Origin: a virus
Taxonomy: Duplodnaviria > Heunggongvirae > Uroviricota > Caudoviricetes
Direction: 5' to 3' (one strand)
IMG/VR virus record: IMGVR_UViG_2623620416_000002
Coordinates: 105,253-146,658 of that record
DNA length: 41,406 nt
In this document: positions 31,933 to 41,406 of the stretch, in pieces
Layout: each line of letters begins with the position of its first letter
How positions within the stretch are numbered: the stretch's first letter is position 1
Position numbers and translations under genes: made by a program
Notes under the pieces: generated by a model
The model's database searches: none
What the model was told of the DNA's origin: nothing
The model's input: only the letters and a program-made list of their open reading frames with translations

Positions 31933-34818
31933 ATGGCAGATCAAAACCAGTCTAACAAAAAAGGCATGAATACATTTGCGGACGATATCGACCGCAGTAG
32001 TACTCTTTCTGAATTAGAACGCATTGGTCAACGTGCACAACGCAAAGGTTTTCAACGTACACAACTTGAAGATCGAATTAAAAGTGAAGGTAAATTACTC
32101 AACTCTTTAATAGATCAAGGTCGTACAACACCTGAATTCCGTGACTCTCCTTTTTATCAAGAGCAAACAGGTAGTTTGCGCGATAGCATCAAAGGTCTTC
32201 GCACTAAGATGAATTCAATGGATACCACAGCTCGTACAAGAGCTGAGTCCGAAGCATCTACTTATATTGGTCGTCAATTTGCATCAACAACTATTAATGC
32301 TCAAGCTTCAGGAATACAGCGTGAGTCTGCTATTCAAAATCGTGCATTCTCAATGTCTGGTCAAAGTTATGATGAACTATCTGCTAAACGTGAAGATGTT
32401 TTAGCTGAGATAAGAGTTCGTGAGCGTAATGCTCAAAATGAAGTTAAAGGGATGTTCGAAAAACGAGGAACAGTTAATCCAGAAAAATCTGCCGCACTTG
32501 GCGTTATGATGGGTGGAACTAGAGAACAAATCCGAGAGCTTGCTACTATTAATGCTGCTCAAACTTTACAAAAAGCTAATGGCTCTGATCCTAATGCTAA
32601 GATTAGAAATCTTGCTGAAATGGGTGGAGTTGCTAATAATATCCTTTCTGCAGAATCAATTGCGAAAGAGGTTGCTGGTGGTTCAGTTAACATCTCTCAA
32701 GGCGGGAAGACGAGATCTATTGCTAATGAAGATATTAATAAAGAAGTTTTAAATCAAGCTCGTGCTTTAGCTAACGCATTAAAAGAATTAAGTGAAGGCG
32801 TAGGAAAGACGGATGATGAACTTTCTAAGTTAAGAGCTACTGCAGACGAGTCTGCAGAAAATTTCAAGAAATTGCAAGACGCTCAAAAAGCTGGTGCTGG
32901 TGGCGGTGGAATAAACTATTCTAGTATTGCAAGTGCTGCTGCTGGAGGCTTTAATGCTCTTGGTGGCGCTGCACAAGCTATTATGGTTAATCAACGTATG
33001 CAACAAATGTCTAATGTTGGTGGCTTTGCTAATGTAGCTAATCAACAATATGATATGTATCAAAAAGCACGCGGTGGAGATATTGCTTCACAGTTGGCAT
33101 TAGGTCAAACACAAGATGCTAGCATGTTTGGCACTGAAATGTATCGCGCAACAAACACTGTTACTGGTTTAGGTGTTGCTGCTGGAGCTGCACAAGCTAC
33201 AGCTGGTGGATTTCAAGTTGCTGAAGGCTTAAAAGACAAAGGTGCTGGTTTTATCGGTGGAAGTTTAGCAGGGACATCTGGAATTGCTACACAACAGATT
33301 ATTAATGGTGGCCAGAATGTTCTTCAAGGTACATCTCAAATGGCAATTGGTGTATCTGATTTAGCTCGCGAAACTTCTGCTGGAGCTGCTCAACTTACTG
33401 GTTATCAAGCCAATATGCAAGCTCGTCAAGCTATAAATGCTATTGGCGCTTCGCAAGCACAAGGTCTTCGTAATTTCTATACTGACTTAGATATTGCTGG
33501 TCAGGAAATGGGTGGACGTGCAAGTTCATTTATTCAAAACTCTATATCTGGCGATAATTTATCTAAGATGCAACAAGCTAGACTTTCTCCCGAACAATTT
33601 GCTAAATTGTCAGCACAAGGTGCTCAGACAATGGGAAGCACATTTGAAGGAGATCAAGTATTTGGCGCTCGTAATTTAGAGCGCGGTGGCTTTGGTAGTG
33701 CTCAAACTAATATTGCTAGAATGGCTCAATTATCTCAAGCAGGAGGAAATAATCCTGCTGCATCTATGCAAGGTGTTCTTGAAGCTGCATTCTCTAAATC
33801 CTTAGATTCCTCAAAAGCTCTTAGCATGATGGTTGAAAATACTGCAGCAATGGCACAAAATACAAGTGCAGCTGCTTCCGGTATTGATGTCACTGGAGCT
33901 ACTGCTACTATGTTAGCCGCTGGAACAAATCCAAATATGGCTAATAAAGAAGCTGCTTTTTCACAAGCAGTTACTGCAGCCCAACTTACTCAACAAATTA
34001 CAACGGATCGCAGTGCTACATTTAGCGGCATGGTTAATACTGCAGCTATCACTCAAAAAACTGGAGTATCTGGAGTTGAAGCTATTATTGCTCAAGGATT
34101 GACTATTCAAGAATATAAAGCGATGCAAGGTGCTGGTCCTCAAAAAGCATCTGAGTTTTATAAAAATCAAGGTATTAACATTAGTCCTGAAAAAGCTGAT
34201 CAATTTACTAATGAAATGTTAAGGCAAAAACAAGTTCAAGTTGCTAGAGATAAAATGATGGCACTTGGAGTTAATGATATTCCGGGGATTGTAAATAGAT
34301 TAAATGAAGGTAAGACTACAGAAAAAGATGAATTTAATTTAGCACAAGCTGCAAGTTTAGGTGGCTATAAAGGCGGCGGAAGCGAAATTAAACGTCAAAT
34401 TCTTGGTATAACTGCGACAAATTCTCAAGCTGGAGTTGATGAAGCTTCAGATGCTATGGGCGGTGGCGGACCTGAGGACATGAAGAAGCAAATGGATAAT
34501 CTACGAACTAGTGGATTCCAGCAGCTTTCACAGGCAGCGGCAACTGCCTCAGATAACTTACAAAAATTTGGTGGAGCACTTAAAGTATTTACTGATCTTC
34601 AGAATAAGTTTGAGAAAGATGGAATGAACAACGAGAAAGAATTCTCGGGTATGAGTGAGAAGTTTGCTAAAGATTTTATAACCTCAACCAATACATTTCA
34701 AACTTCAGTAGGAACCTTTGATAAATCTGTGAAGATATTAGCTGAGAAACTTGGGGTACAAAGTAATGGTAACCCAATTAGACCGGACGTATTAGATACA
34801 AAAAAGGGCACTAATTAA
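31933..34818 (+). CDS. Tape measure protein
   Basis: 961 aa, Ala/Gly/Gln-rich helical; follows the chaperones. Confidence 0.85.
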   Translation: MADQNQSNKKGMNTFADDIDRSSTLSELERIGQRAQRKGFQRTQLEDRIKSEGKLLNSLIDQGRTTPEFRDSPFYQEQTGSLRDSIKGLRTKMNSMDTTARTRAESEASTYIGRQFASTTINAQASGIQRESAIQNRAFSMSGQSYDELSAKREDVLAEIRVRERNAQNEVKGMFEKRGTVNPEKSAALGVMMGGTREQIRELATINAAQTLQKANGSDPNAKIRNLAEMGGVANNILSAESIAKEVAGGSVNISQGGKTRSIANEDINKEVLNQARALANALKELSEGVGKTDDELSKLRATADESAENFKKLQDAQKAGAGGGGINYSSIASAAAGGFNALGGAAQAIMVNQRMQQMSNVGGFANVANQQYDMYQKARGGDIASQLALGQTQDASMFGTEMYRATNTVTGLGVAAGAAQATAGGFQVAEGLKDKGAGFIGGSLAGTSGIATQQIINGGQNVLQGTSQMAIGVSDLARETSAGAAQLTGYQANMQARQAINAIGASQAQGLRNFYTDLDIAGQEMGGRASSFIQNSISGDNLSKMQQARLSPEQFAKLSAQGAQTMGSTFEGDQVFGARNLERGGFGSAQTNIARMAQLSQAGGNNPAASMQGVLEAAFSKSLDSSKALSMMVENTAAMAQNTSAAASGIDVTGATATMLAAGTNPNMANKEAAFSQAVTAAQLTQQITTDRSATFSGMVNTAAITQKTGVSGVEAIIAQGLTIQEYKAMQGAGPQKASEFYKNQGINISPEKADQFTNEMLRQKQVQVARDKMMALGVNDIPGIVNRLNEGKTTEKDEFNLAQAASLGGYKGGGSEIKRQILGITATNSQAGVDEASDAMGGGGPEDMKKQMDNLRTSGFQQLSQAAATASDNLQKFGGALKVFTDLQNKFEKDGMNNEKEFSGMSEKFAKDFITSTNTFQTSVGTFDKSVKILAEKLGVQSNGNPIRPDVLDTKKGTN

Positions 34819-36545
34819 TGGCAGCTAACTTTAAAATTAAAACACCACATGCTGCCGTTTTAGTTTGGAACTATAATGACAGAGTTGGAGTCCCAACTGG
34901 AGATTATAGATCTACCGGAGTAAAGGATCCTCAAGGTACAGAGAAGGACGTTCTTCCTGTTATCGTTAGTACGCTTTCGTGTGTTTCAATTCAAACTAAT
35001 AAAGCTAAGGGACAACCAGAGGGTTCATTTAACTTAGTGCTAGCGCCATTTAAAAACTGGACTTCAACACTTACGCCTGGAAGCTGGTGCGTTATATTGA
35101 TGTCTAATAAACCAATTACTGAACAAGATTTAAAGCAAGCAAATAAAGATCATGTAAAGATGCTTGGTCGAATTGAAACTGTTCGTTGTGAAACCACAGT
35201 TAATGATGAAGGTGCTCGTCAAACTCTATACTATGTTAGTGGAGTCGATTGGGGTCACATATTCAATGCTCAACTCTATATTGACAATTTAATTGCAGGA
35301 CCTAATGATCCTATATCTCAAGGTAACTCTGCTGCTGTGGCTATTCGCAATGCTTTATTTGGAAATAAGAACTCTCCTCAAAGTTTTACTGTTGCTCAAA
35401 ATCTAACTAACTTGTTGGATGTCATGGGAAAAAATACTGCTGGCTATACAGAAGCAGGAAAAGAAATCGGTAGGCTTTCAAACTCTATATATGAATTTGA
35501 AATTCCAACTGAATTAGCTAAATATTTTAAATTCACTGATGCTAAGAACAAAAAAGTATCAGCTAAATCTATTAATAAAATGATCTCTTTAATTACTGGT
35601 TCTTTAAAATCGCCAGATACTTATAAAGATATGGCTGAAGCTGTAGGTTTTATTGATCCTTTTAGTTTACAAGGCACTCACTCTATATGGCAAATCCTTA
35701 TGGAGAATAGCAACCCAGTATTAAATGAAATGTTCACTGATTTCCGTTGGAACAATGATAGTACAGTTCAATTAGCTTTATATAATAGAATTAGACCATT
35801 TGCTTACAAAGATTTTAATCCTAAGCCAGGTGGCTCTAATAGCTTAAAGTCTTTCTTTCAAAATGTTAAAACACATGAACTAGTGGCTGATGAAGTTATA
35901 TCAGTTAATGCAGGAACCAACTGGAGAGATAAGTTTAATTTTATTGAGATTAAACCTCAATTCCAAGAGTTCGCTATTGTGGCCAATTGGTATAAACAAA
36001 AGTCTCAAGTATTTGATGAAGAATCTTTTAAGCGAGAAGGTTTCCGACCTTTAATTTTTGAAACAAAACAATTCCCTTCTGGTAAAGAAAAAGGTGGATT
36101 ACCAAATGATGTTGGGGTTGATTGGGATCAATTAGTTGTTTGGTGTAATCTTTTGCGTGAATGGTACTTTGGTACTCATAGAATGCTAAATGGAACAATT
36201 ACAATCCATGGAACAACTGAATATATTGCAGTTGGTAATAATATTAGATTCGATGCTGGGTTGATTAATCCAACTCCAAATATAAATGCTAAAACAAGAC
36301 AAGATGGTGTTAATCATTATATTCTTGCCCATGTCGAAGCAGTGTCGCATCAATTCTCAGTTACACCAGATGGCGCTCGTCAATATAGAACAACTATACA
36401 GTTTGTTCGTGGAATCATTGTTAATAAGAATAACATTAATATTGGCGAAGGAATGTTGGATCAAGACGCTACTAAGCTGAGTCAATCTGCTGATAGAAAC
36501 ACAGTTAATGTAAACAGCACATCAGTTCCTGAAGATCCAACTTAA
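34818..36545 (+). CDS. Baseplate hub protein (gp27/Tal-like)
   Basis: Follows TMP; GSFNLVLAP, LNGTITIHG...IAVGNNIRF, EAVSHQF...Y.TTIQFVRG hub patterns. Confidence 0.72.
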   Translation: MAANFKIKTPHAAVLVWNYNDRVGVPTGDYRSTGVKDPQGTEKDVLPVIVSTLSCVSIQTNKAKGQPEGSFNLVLAPFKNWTSTLTPGSWCVILMSNKPITEQDLKQANKDHVKMLGRIETVRCETTVNDEGARQTLYYVSGVDWGHIFNAQLYIDNLIAGPNDPISQGNSAAVAIRNALFGNKNSPQSFTVAQNLTNLLDVMGKNTAGYTEAGKEIGRLSNSIYEFEIPTELAKYFKFTDAKNKKVSAKSINKMISLITGSLKSPDTYKDMAEAVGFIDPFSLQGTHSIWQILMENSNPVLNEMFTDFRWNNDSTVQLALYNRIRPFAYKDFNPKPGGSNSLKSFFQNVKTHELVADEVISVNAGTNWRDKFNFIEIKPQFQEFAIVANWYKQKSQVFDEESFKREGFRPLIFETKQFPSGKEKGGLPNDVGVDWDQLVVWCNLLREWYFGTHRMLNGTITIHGTTEYIAVGNNIRFDAGLINPTPNINAKTRQDGVNHYILAHVEAVSHQFSVTPDGARQYRTTIQFVRGIIVNKNNINIGEGMLDQDATKLSQSADRNTVNVNSTSVPEDPT

Positions 36546-37555
36546 TGAGCAATAATCCATTTGATATTGTTAAGGATAGCTCTATATGGCAAAACAGTAA
36601 GTCATTTTCTGCTGTAGATAAACAAGATCCATATCTTAGAATTGGTATTGTTAAGAAAGTCTTTAGAGAAGAAAGAACTACTGATATTAAATATCTTGTT
36701 GAAGTTCAAGATAGAAATGACTCTATTGAAGTTAATGCTCGTCTATTGCGCCGCTTTGGTGGTGTTTACAATTACGAAGACGTTATAGATCATGGTTATA
36801 AATTTGATGATAAGCCAGATCCAACTAGAAACTTTGAAGCTAAAGCTGGTGATGCAGTATTAGTTGCATTCCTTAATGGACAAGCTCGTGAGGCTGTTAT
36901 TCTTGGTGGTTTAATACATCCAGCTCGCAAGTCTACACTTGATATTACTAAAGGACCTCAGTATCAATCTGAATTCAATGGTATTGAAACTAAGATAAAT
37001 GAGTTTGGTGAATACACCATGACATTTAAAGCAGTTCCAACTAACGCCAAAGATTTAGATAATAAGCCTAGTAAAGCTATTGCACCCCCTAAATACGATG
37101 ATAAAATCGGTGGATCATTCTTTCAATTTGATAAAACTGGAAGTATTGAAGTTAATGATAAAGATAAAGAAGGAATTCAGAATTTAAGAATTGATAAGCC
37201 TAAAGGTACTATCACTATTAACTCTGGAAAGATTAAGCTCACTATGACTAAAAAAGAAGAAAAAGTTGAGCTTAAATGTAAAGTATTAGATATTGTATCT
37301 GACGATAAAATCAATGGTAAAACTAAAGAGTTTAAACTTGAGGCATCAAAGTCTGTAAAGATTAATAGCCCTAAAGTTGCCATTGGTAAAGAAGGTATTG
37401 AATTATTAGATCAATTGTTTCAAATGATTGAAGCTTTAGCCAAAGTGATTCCTATTTCTCCAGTTGGGCCTTGCTCTGCAATTGGCTCAAGTCCGCAATG
37501 GCCTGGCGTAGTAAGTGTTCAACAAAAGATAAAGGAGATCACTGGTAGCCTCTAA
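36545..37555 (+). CDS. Baseplate central spike (gpV/gp5-like)
   Basis: N-terminal OB-type segment (GDAVLVAFLNG...VILGG) and beta-helix-like C-terminal repeats. Confidence 0.78.
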   Translation: MSNNPFDIVKDSSIWQNSKSFSAVDKQDPYLRIGIVKKVFREERTTDIKYLVEVQDRNDSIEVNARLLRRFGGVYNYEDVIDHGYKFDDKPDPTRNFEAKAGDAVLVAFLNGQAREAVILGGLIHPARKSTLDITKGPQYQSEFNGIETKINEFGEYTMTFKAVPTNAKDLDNKPSKAIAPPKYDDKIGGSFFQFDKTGSIEVNDKDKEGIQNLRIDKPKGTITINSGKIKLTMTKKEEKVELKCKVLDIVSDDKINGKTKEFKLEASKSVKINSPKVAIGKEGIELLDQLFQMIEALAKVIPISPVGPCSAIGSSPQWPGVVSVQQKIKEITGSL

Positions 37556-37579
37556 CCAAGGTTGCTATATAATTAACTC

Positions 37580-38527
37580 ATGGGTTTTAGCATAAGTGAT
37601 ATTAAGAATATTTTTGATCGTCCAAAGCCATCAAATGCACCTTCTCAAAAAGAGCCAGGAGCTGGTGATCTTCCTAAAAAAATGGATGAGAGTTATAGAG
37701 TTGAACTTAATAATTGGTATTCAGCTAAGCCTTATGGCTTTAAGATGATGACGCGCAACGGTGGAACATTTACCATGTTCCTACCTATTAATCCTTCTAA
37801 TTTAAGTATTAATACTCCATTTGCCACAAACATAGTAACCACCTTATATGGGACTGTAGAAGAGCACTCTGATGTTCGTTATTATGATATAACGATCGAA
37901 GGTACTACTGGTATTGCGCCTAAGTTTGTTCGACCAGGCGAAGGACAAGATTCATCTATTCTTTATAGTCAATTGCGTAGAAGTGGACGCACTACAACAC
38001 CTATTGCGTCGAGTATTGCTGCTGGCGGTTTCTTTGCTAAAACCCTTGGCGTTGTTAACCAAATTAAAAATAAAGCTGCTGATCTATTAGATGGTGGCGT
38101 AAAAGCCAAAACAGGTATTACTCCTGAAAATTCTGGCTATGTGGCATTCCACAATCTTTACAGATTTCTTCTTCAATATAAGAAAGATGCTGCTGGAACT
38201 GGTGGAAGCACACAAGGACGTCAAACTCATCCTTTGACTTTCTTTAACTATAAAGATAACAATCAATATGACGTTGTTGTTCGTGGATTCACTATGCGTA
38301 GATCTGCTGACAATCCAATGCTTTATTATTACTCAATTCAACTTCGTGGATATAACTTAAGACCTATCGCTGCTCCAGTAAACGAGTCTTTAACTCAAAG
38401 ACTTGCAAATCTTGGTTTAAATGGCGTTGATGGATCTTCTGTACTTGGAGATATTAAATCTCTTTCTAGCCAGGCCAAAGGAATTATAGGTTCTTTTGTT
38501 GGTGGAATTAACGTGTTAGGTAGATAA
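37580..38527 (+). CDS. Baseplate/tube-initiator-type protein
   Basis: LPINPSNLSI...VTTLYG.VEE...DITIEGTTG pattern; position. Confidence 0.55.
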   Translation: MGFSISDIKNIFDRPKPSNAPSQKEPGAGDLPKKMDESYRVELNNWYSAKPYGFKMMTRNGGTFTMFLPINPSNLSINTPFATNIVTTLYGTVEEHSDVRYYDITIEGTTGIAPKFVRPGEGQDSSILYSQLRRSGRTTTPIASSIAAGGFFAKTLGVVNQIKNKAADLLDGGVKAKTGITPENSGYVAFHNLYRFLLQYKKDAAGTGGSTQGRQTHPLTFFNYKDNNQYDVVVRGFTMRRSADNPMLYYYSIQLRGYNLRPIAAPVNESLTQRLANLGLNGVDGSSVLGDIKSLSSQAKGIIGSFVGGINVLGR

Positions 38528-40128
38528 TGGCAACAATTAATGACGCATATAAAAGTATAGCTGATGTCAATCTCTGGTTAAAAATCAGAGGTGGCGACGA
38601 TATGTCTTTGGCTGATATGCCTTCTATTATTCCGCTTCGTTGGCCATACTTTAGAGATTCTTGGGAATTCATTAAGCCGGATCTTATTCAGAGTATGTCT
38701 AAGACTCCTAATCCAGATTTCTTAAATCAACAGATTGAAGATTTCTCTAAATACATTGAGTCTCAAAGAACTAGTGCCGCTCGATTAAATCCTTTCCAGG
38801 ATGCGAGTACGTTTTTTCGTTTCTATGCTATTTTTGATAATGTTCAAATTCAGGCTATCAATCTCACTAATCAAGAGACTGAAATCATGGAGAGTGAAGT
38901 TGCCAGAATTAATGCTTTTTCTAAGAATAATTTTGTAATTGCAAAAAGAAACATTATTGAGTACCGTGACCGTGTTGCGGATACTTCTGGATTAAGTGAC
39001 CCTGATTATAATAAGGCTTTTAATAAAAGCTCTATCCCTGCTCAGATTAATGCCACAATTGTAGAAGCTAACTTTTTATTAACTTTAGAATCTACTATCA
39101 AGACAGTAGATTTTATACTGGCAAACTTATTTGCAGTAGATACAGCAATTGATCCATTTGCGTTGGCTAGAGCTAATGCAAACAACCCTGATGTAAATAT
39201 TGGTCAGTATGTTTCTGGTAAATTAGTTAAAATTAACTATGGTGAATCTCTAGAAAGCTTAGCAACTAGATACTTAGGTGATCCAAATAAATGGATTGAT
39301 ATCGCCATTGCTAATGGTTTAAAGCCACCATATATCGATGAAGTTGGAGTAAGAATTCCACTTTTATCAAATGGTTCTAGTAATCAAATCAATTTAGCAG
39401 GAACAGATATTAATGGTAATTTAAACATTGATAAGCTTTATATAAATCAGCCTGTTTTCTTGCAAAGTAATTCTCAAGTTGTAGTTGATCAAAGAACAAT
39501 TATTAGTTTAAGAGAAGTCCCTGTTTCTGGTGAGATTATTCTTGAATTAGATGGCGACAGAAACATGGATATTTATAAGACATCTGAAAATGCTTATATT
39601 CGAGTTTTTGCACCAAACACAATCAATTCTTCTTTCTACGTTTTAATTCCTTCGCAGGATCCATTGCCAGATGATAGAGCCGATGAGGTTCCTTGGTTCT
39701 TAGCAAAGTCTGCTGAGGATGAGAAGCGAGCAAAGATTGATTTGGCCATTGATGATAGCGGAGATTTAACATTTACTACAAATGGCGATGTTAAGCTAAG
39801 TTACGGAATTGACAATGCAATTCAGGCCATTAAGCTTAAAATTGTTACAGAATTGGGCTCCCTTCGTTATCACCCTACTTTTGGGTTAGTTAATGTTATT
39901 GGAACTCGCAACTCGAACATAGATGATATTCGAGAATTATTAACACAATCAGTCCTTTCGCAGGTTGAAGCTGACAGTAGGTTCGATAGAGTAGAAGACC
40001 TTGCAGTCGACTATTTAGTCAATAACCAAACTGGGCAGGGCGTCGGAGCAATGGCCATTAGTATGTCTGTTAGGTTAGCTGGGGGCACCCAAGTTATCCC
40101 AATCAGCTTTACAGTCAATAACTCATGA
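38527..40128 (+). CDS. Baseplate wedge protein: LysM-like domain fused to gp25-like C-domain
   Basis: GESLESLATRYLGDPNKWIDIAIANGL (LysM/gp53-like); GDV...GIDNAIQAI..KI.TELGSLRYHPTFG (gp25-like). Confidence 0.75.
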   Translation: MATINDAYKSIADVNLWLKIRGGDDMSLADMPSIIPLRWPYFRDSWEFIKPDLIQSMSKTPNPDFLNQQIEDFSKYIESQRTSAARLNPFQDASTFFRFYAIFDNVQIQAINLTNQETEIMESEVARINAFSKNNFVIAKRNIIEYRDRVADTSGLSDPDYNKAFNKSSIPAQINATIVEANFLLTLESTIKTVDFILANLFAVDTAIDPFALARANANNPDVNIGQYVSGKLVKINYGESLESLATRYLGDPNKWIDIAIANGLKPPYIDEVGVRIPLLSNGSSNQINLAGTDINGNLNIDKLYINQPVFLQSNSQVVVDQRTIISLREVPVSGEIILELDGDRNMDIYKTSENAYIRVFAPNTINSSFYVLIPSQDPLPDDRADEVPWFLAKSAEDEKRAKIDLAIDDSGDLTFTTNGDVKLSYGIDNAIQAIKLKIVTELGSLRYHPTFGLVNVIGTRNSNIDDIRELLTQSVLSQVEADSRFDRVEDLAVDYLVNNQTGQGVGAMAISMSVRLAGGTQVIPISFTVNNS

Positions 40129-40167
40129 CTTCACTAACCGCGTAGTACAATATAGTACGGGTGAGCA

Positions 40168-41406
40168 ATGGCTATACAAATTAAGAGTTTTAATCAAATC
40201 CTAGGTGACATGATCCGTAAAATTATTGCGGAAACTGCCCTTAATGACTTAAACGCAGGTTCTGTTCTTTTAACTTTGTTGGAAGCAGCTGCTGCTAACG
40301 ACTTTGAGAACAATACAGCAATCCTCAATGTTCTTGAATTATTGAATATTGATGCGATAAAGAATAATGACTTAGATGCAAAGGCTGGAGACTTTGGTCT
40401 TACTCGCAGAGCTAGTATTAAGTCATCTGGATTAGTAACGATTTTAAACACAAATATTACTAAGAGATCTACTGGTCTTTATGTTATTAAACCTGCCCCA
40501 ATTGCAGGACAAACTAAGCTTTATGTAAACAATACTACAGGTTGGGCCGCTTCTGGTAACTTGTATATTGGTCGTGGAACTGATTCGTTCGAAGGACCTA
40601 TTGCTTACACTTCTATTACACAATTTCCTACATATTCGCAAATCAATCTAGCTTCTGCATTGCAGAAAGATCATTTGCTTTCTGATATCGTTATTGATTC
40701 TCAGGGTGAGCCAGATCGATTGATTTCTGCTGGTACGGTTGTTAAGATCCCTGCGAATAATCAGAATCCTGAGATCCAATACGTAACTTTAAGAGATGCT
40801 GTTATCCCTTCTGGAGAAGACAATATCACTGGAGTTCAAGTTATCGCTTTAGTTGCTGGTAGCCTTGGAAATGCAGGAATCAATACAATTACTGCTTTTG
40901 ACGTTGCTCCTTTTACTGGAGCAGGTGTTACAAACACGGTTGCCTTTTCCAATGGTAAGGATATTGAGACAGATGTCGAATTAAGAAATCGACTTAAGTC
41001 TTATGCTATTACTCTTGCCCGCGGTACTGCACCCAGCATCATTGCCTCTGTAATCGGTGTCTCTGACCCGGATGATGCGAACCAAGTTGCGTCTGCAGTT
41101 ATTACTGAACCTGTCAAGGTCGGTGACCCTTCTATTCTTTATATCGATGATGGATCTGGTTTCCAACCTTCATTTGCTGGTCAATCTGTTGACATCATGT
41201 TACAAAATGCAACTGGTAAAGAAGAGTATTTACAACTTGCAAACTATCCAGTTCCACGTCCTCAAGTTATTAACGTTGAAGAAGGTCCATTTACTTTAAA
41301 GGATGGAAGCTTTGTAAGGGTTATTGTTGATGGGAATGAAGAGACAATATTCTTTAGTTCAAATCAATTTTTGAATATTTCTGCTGCAACTTTATCAGAA
41401 GTTATT
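40168..41406 (+). CDS. Baseplate J/gp6-like wedge protein (runs off the right edge; not in track)
   Basis: MAIQIKSFNQILGDMI...DLNAGSVLLTLLEAAA...DFGLTR...ETDVELRNRL...LARGT..SI; open to the window end. Confidence 0.85.
   Translation, partial: MAIQIKSFNQILGDMIRKIIAETALNDLNAGSVLLTLLEAAAANDFENNTAILNVLELLNIDAIKNNDLDAKAGDFGLTRRASIKSSGLVTILNTNITKRSTGLYVIKPAPIAGQTKLYVNNTTGWAASGNLYIGRGTDSFEGPIAYTSITQFPTYSQINLASALQKDHLLSDIVIDSQGEPDRLISAGTVVKIPANNQNPEIQYVTLRDAVIPSGEDNITGVQVIALVAGSLGNAGINTITAFDVAPFTGAGVTNTVAFSNGKDIETDVELRNRLKSYAITLARGTAPSIIASVIGVSDPDDANQVASAVITEPVKVGDPSILYIDDGSGFQPSFAGQSVDIMLQNATGKEEYLQLANYPVPRPQVINVEEGPFTLKDGSFVRVIVDGNEETIFFSSNQFLNISAATLSEVI

Noticed and set aside
22463-41299. Numerous short antisense or out-of-frame ORFs within structural genes
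   Set aside because: Fully nested in long, motif-supported CDSs with no RBS or coupling evidence
1-41406. Alternative genetic code (stop-codon reassignment)
   Set aside because: Long structural genes are intact in the standard code, and TAA, TAG and TGA all serve as coupled stops

Overview
Window of a large AT-rich contractile-tailed phage (myovirus) genome read in the standard code. There is a transcriptional divergence point at about 17.5 kb. LEFT (1-17.4 kb, almost all minus strand): an accessory, early-type region. It holds an RNase HI missed by the ORF track, an OmpA-domain protein, two collagen-like lipoproteins, three HExxH zinc peptidases, many small and acidic ORFs, and three dispersed paralogs of one unknown ~155-aa protein. 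It is punctuated by at least 15 same-strand copies of a CYGAWACTA(-N8-TATAAY) promoter-like motif and by five copies of an unexplained element: a sequence-variable but always-paired hairpin followed by invariant GACACTGCTACGC. MIDDLE (17.4-22.3 kb): a C-rich/G-poor, palindrome-rich non-coding gap (candidate origin or terminus), then a translationally coupled cluster of otherwise unrelated small proteins sharing an LxxxLxKLGIK(S/A) helix. RIGHT (22.3-41.4 kb, plus strand): a neck-tail-baseplate module with an embedded Nudix hydrolase, sheath, three tube-like paralogs, tail chaperones with a likely -1 frameshift, tape measure, hub, spike, LysM/gp25 wedge and a truncated baseplate J. No tRNA, rRNA, CRISPR array, integrase or transposase was seen. 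All family assignments come from motif recognition by eye, not database searches.
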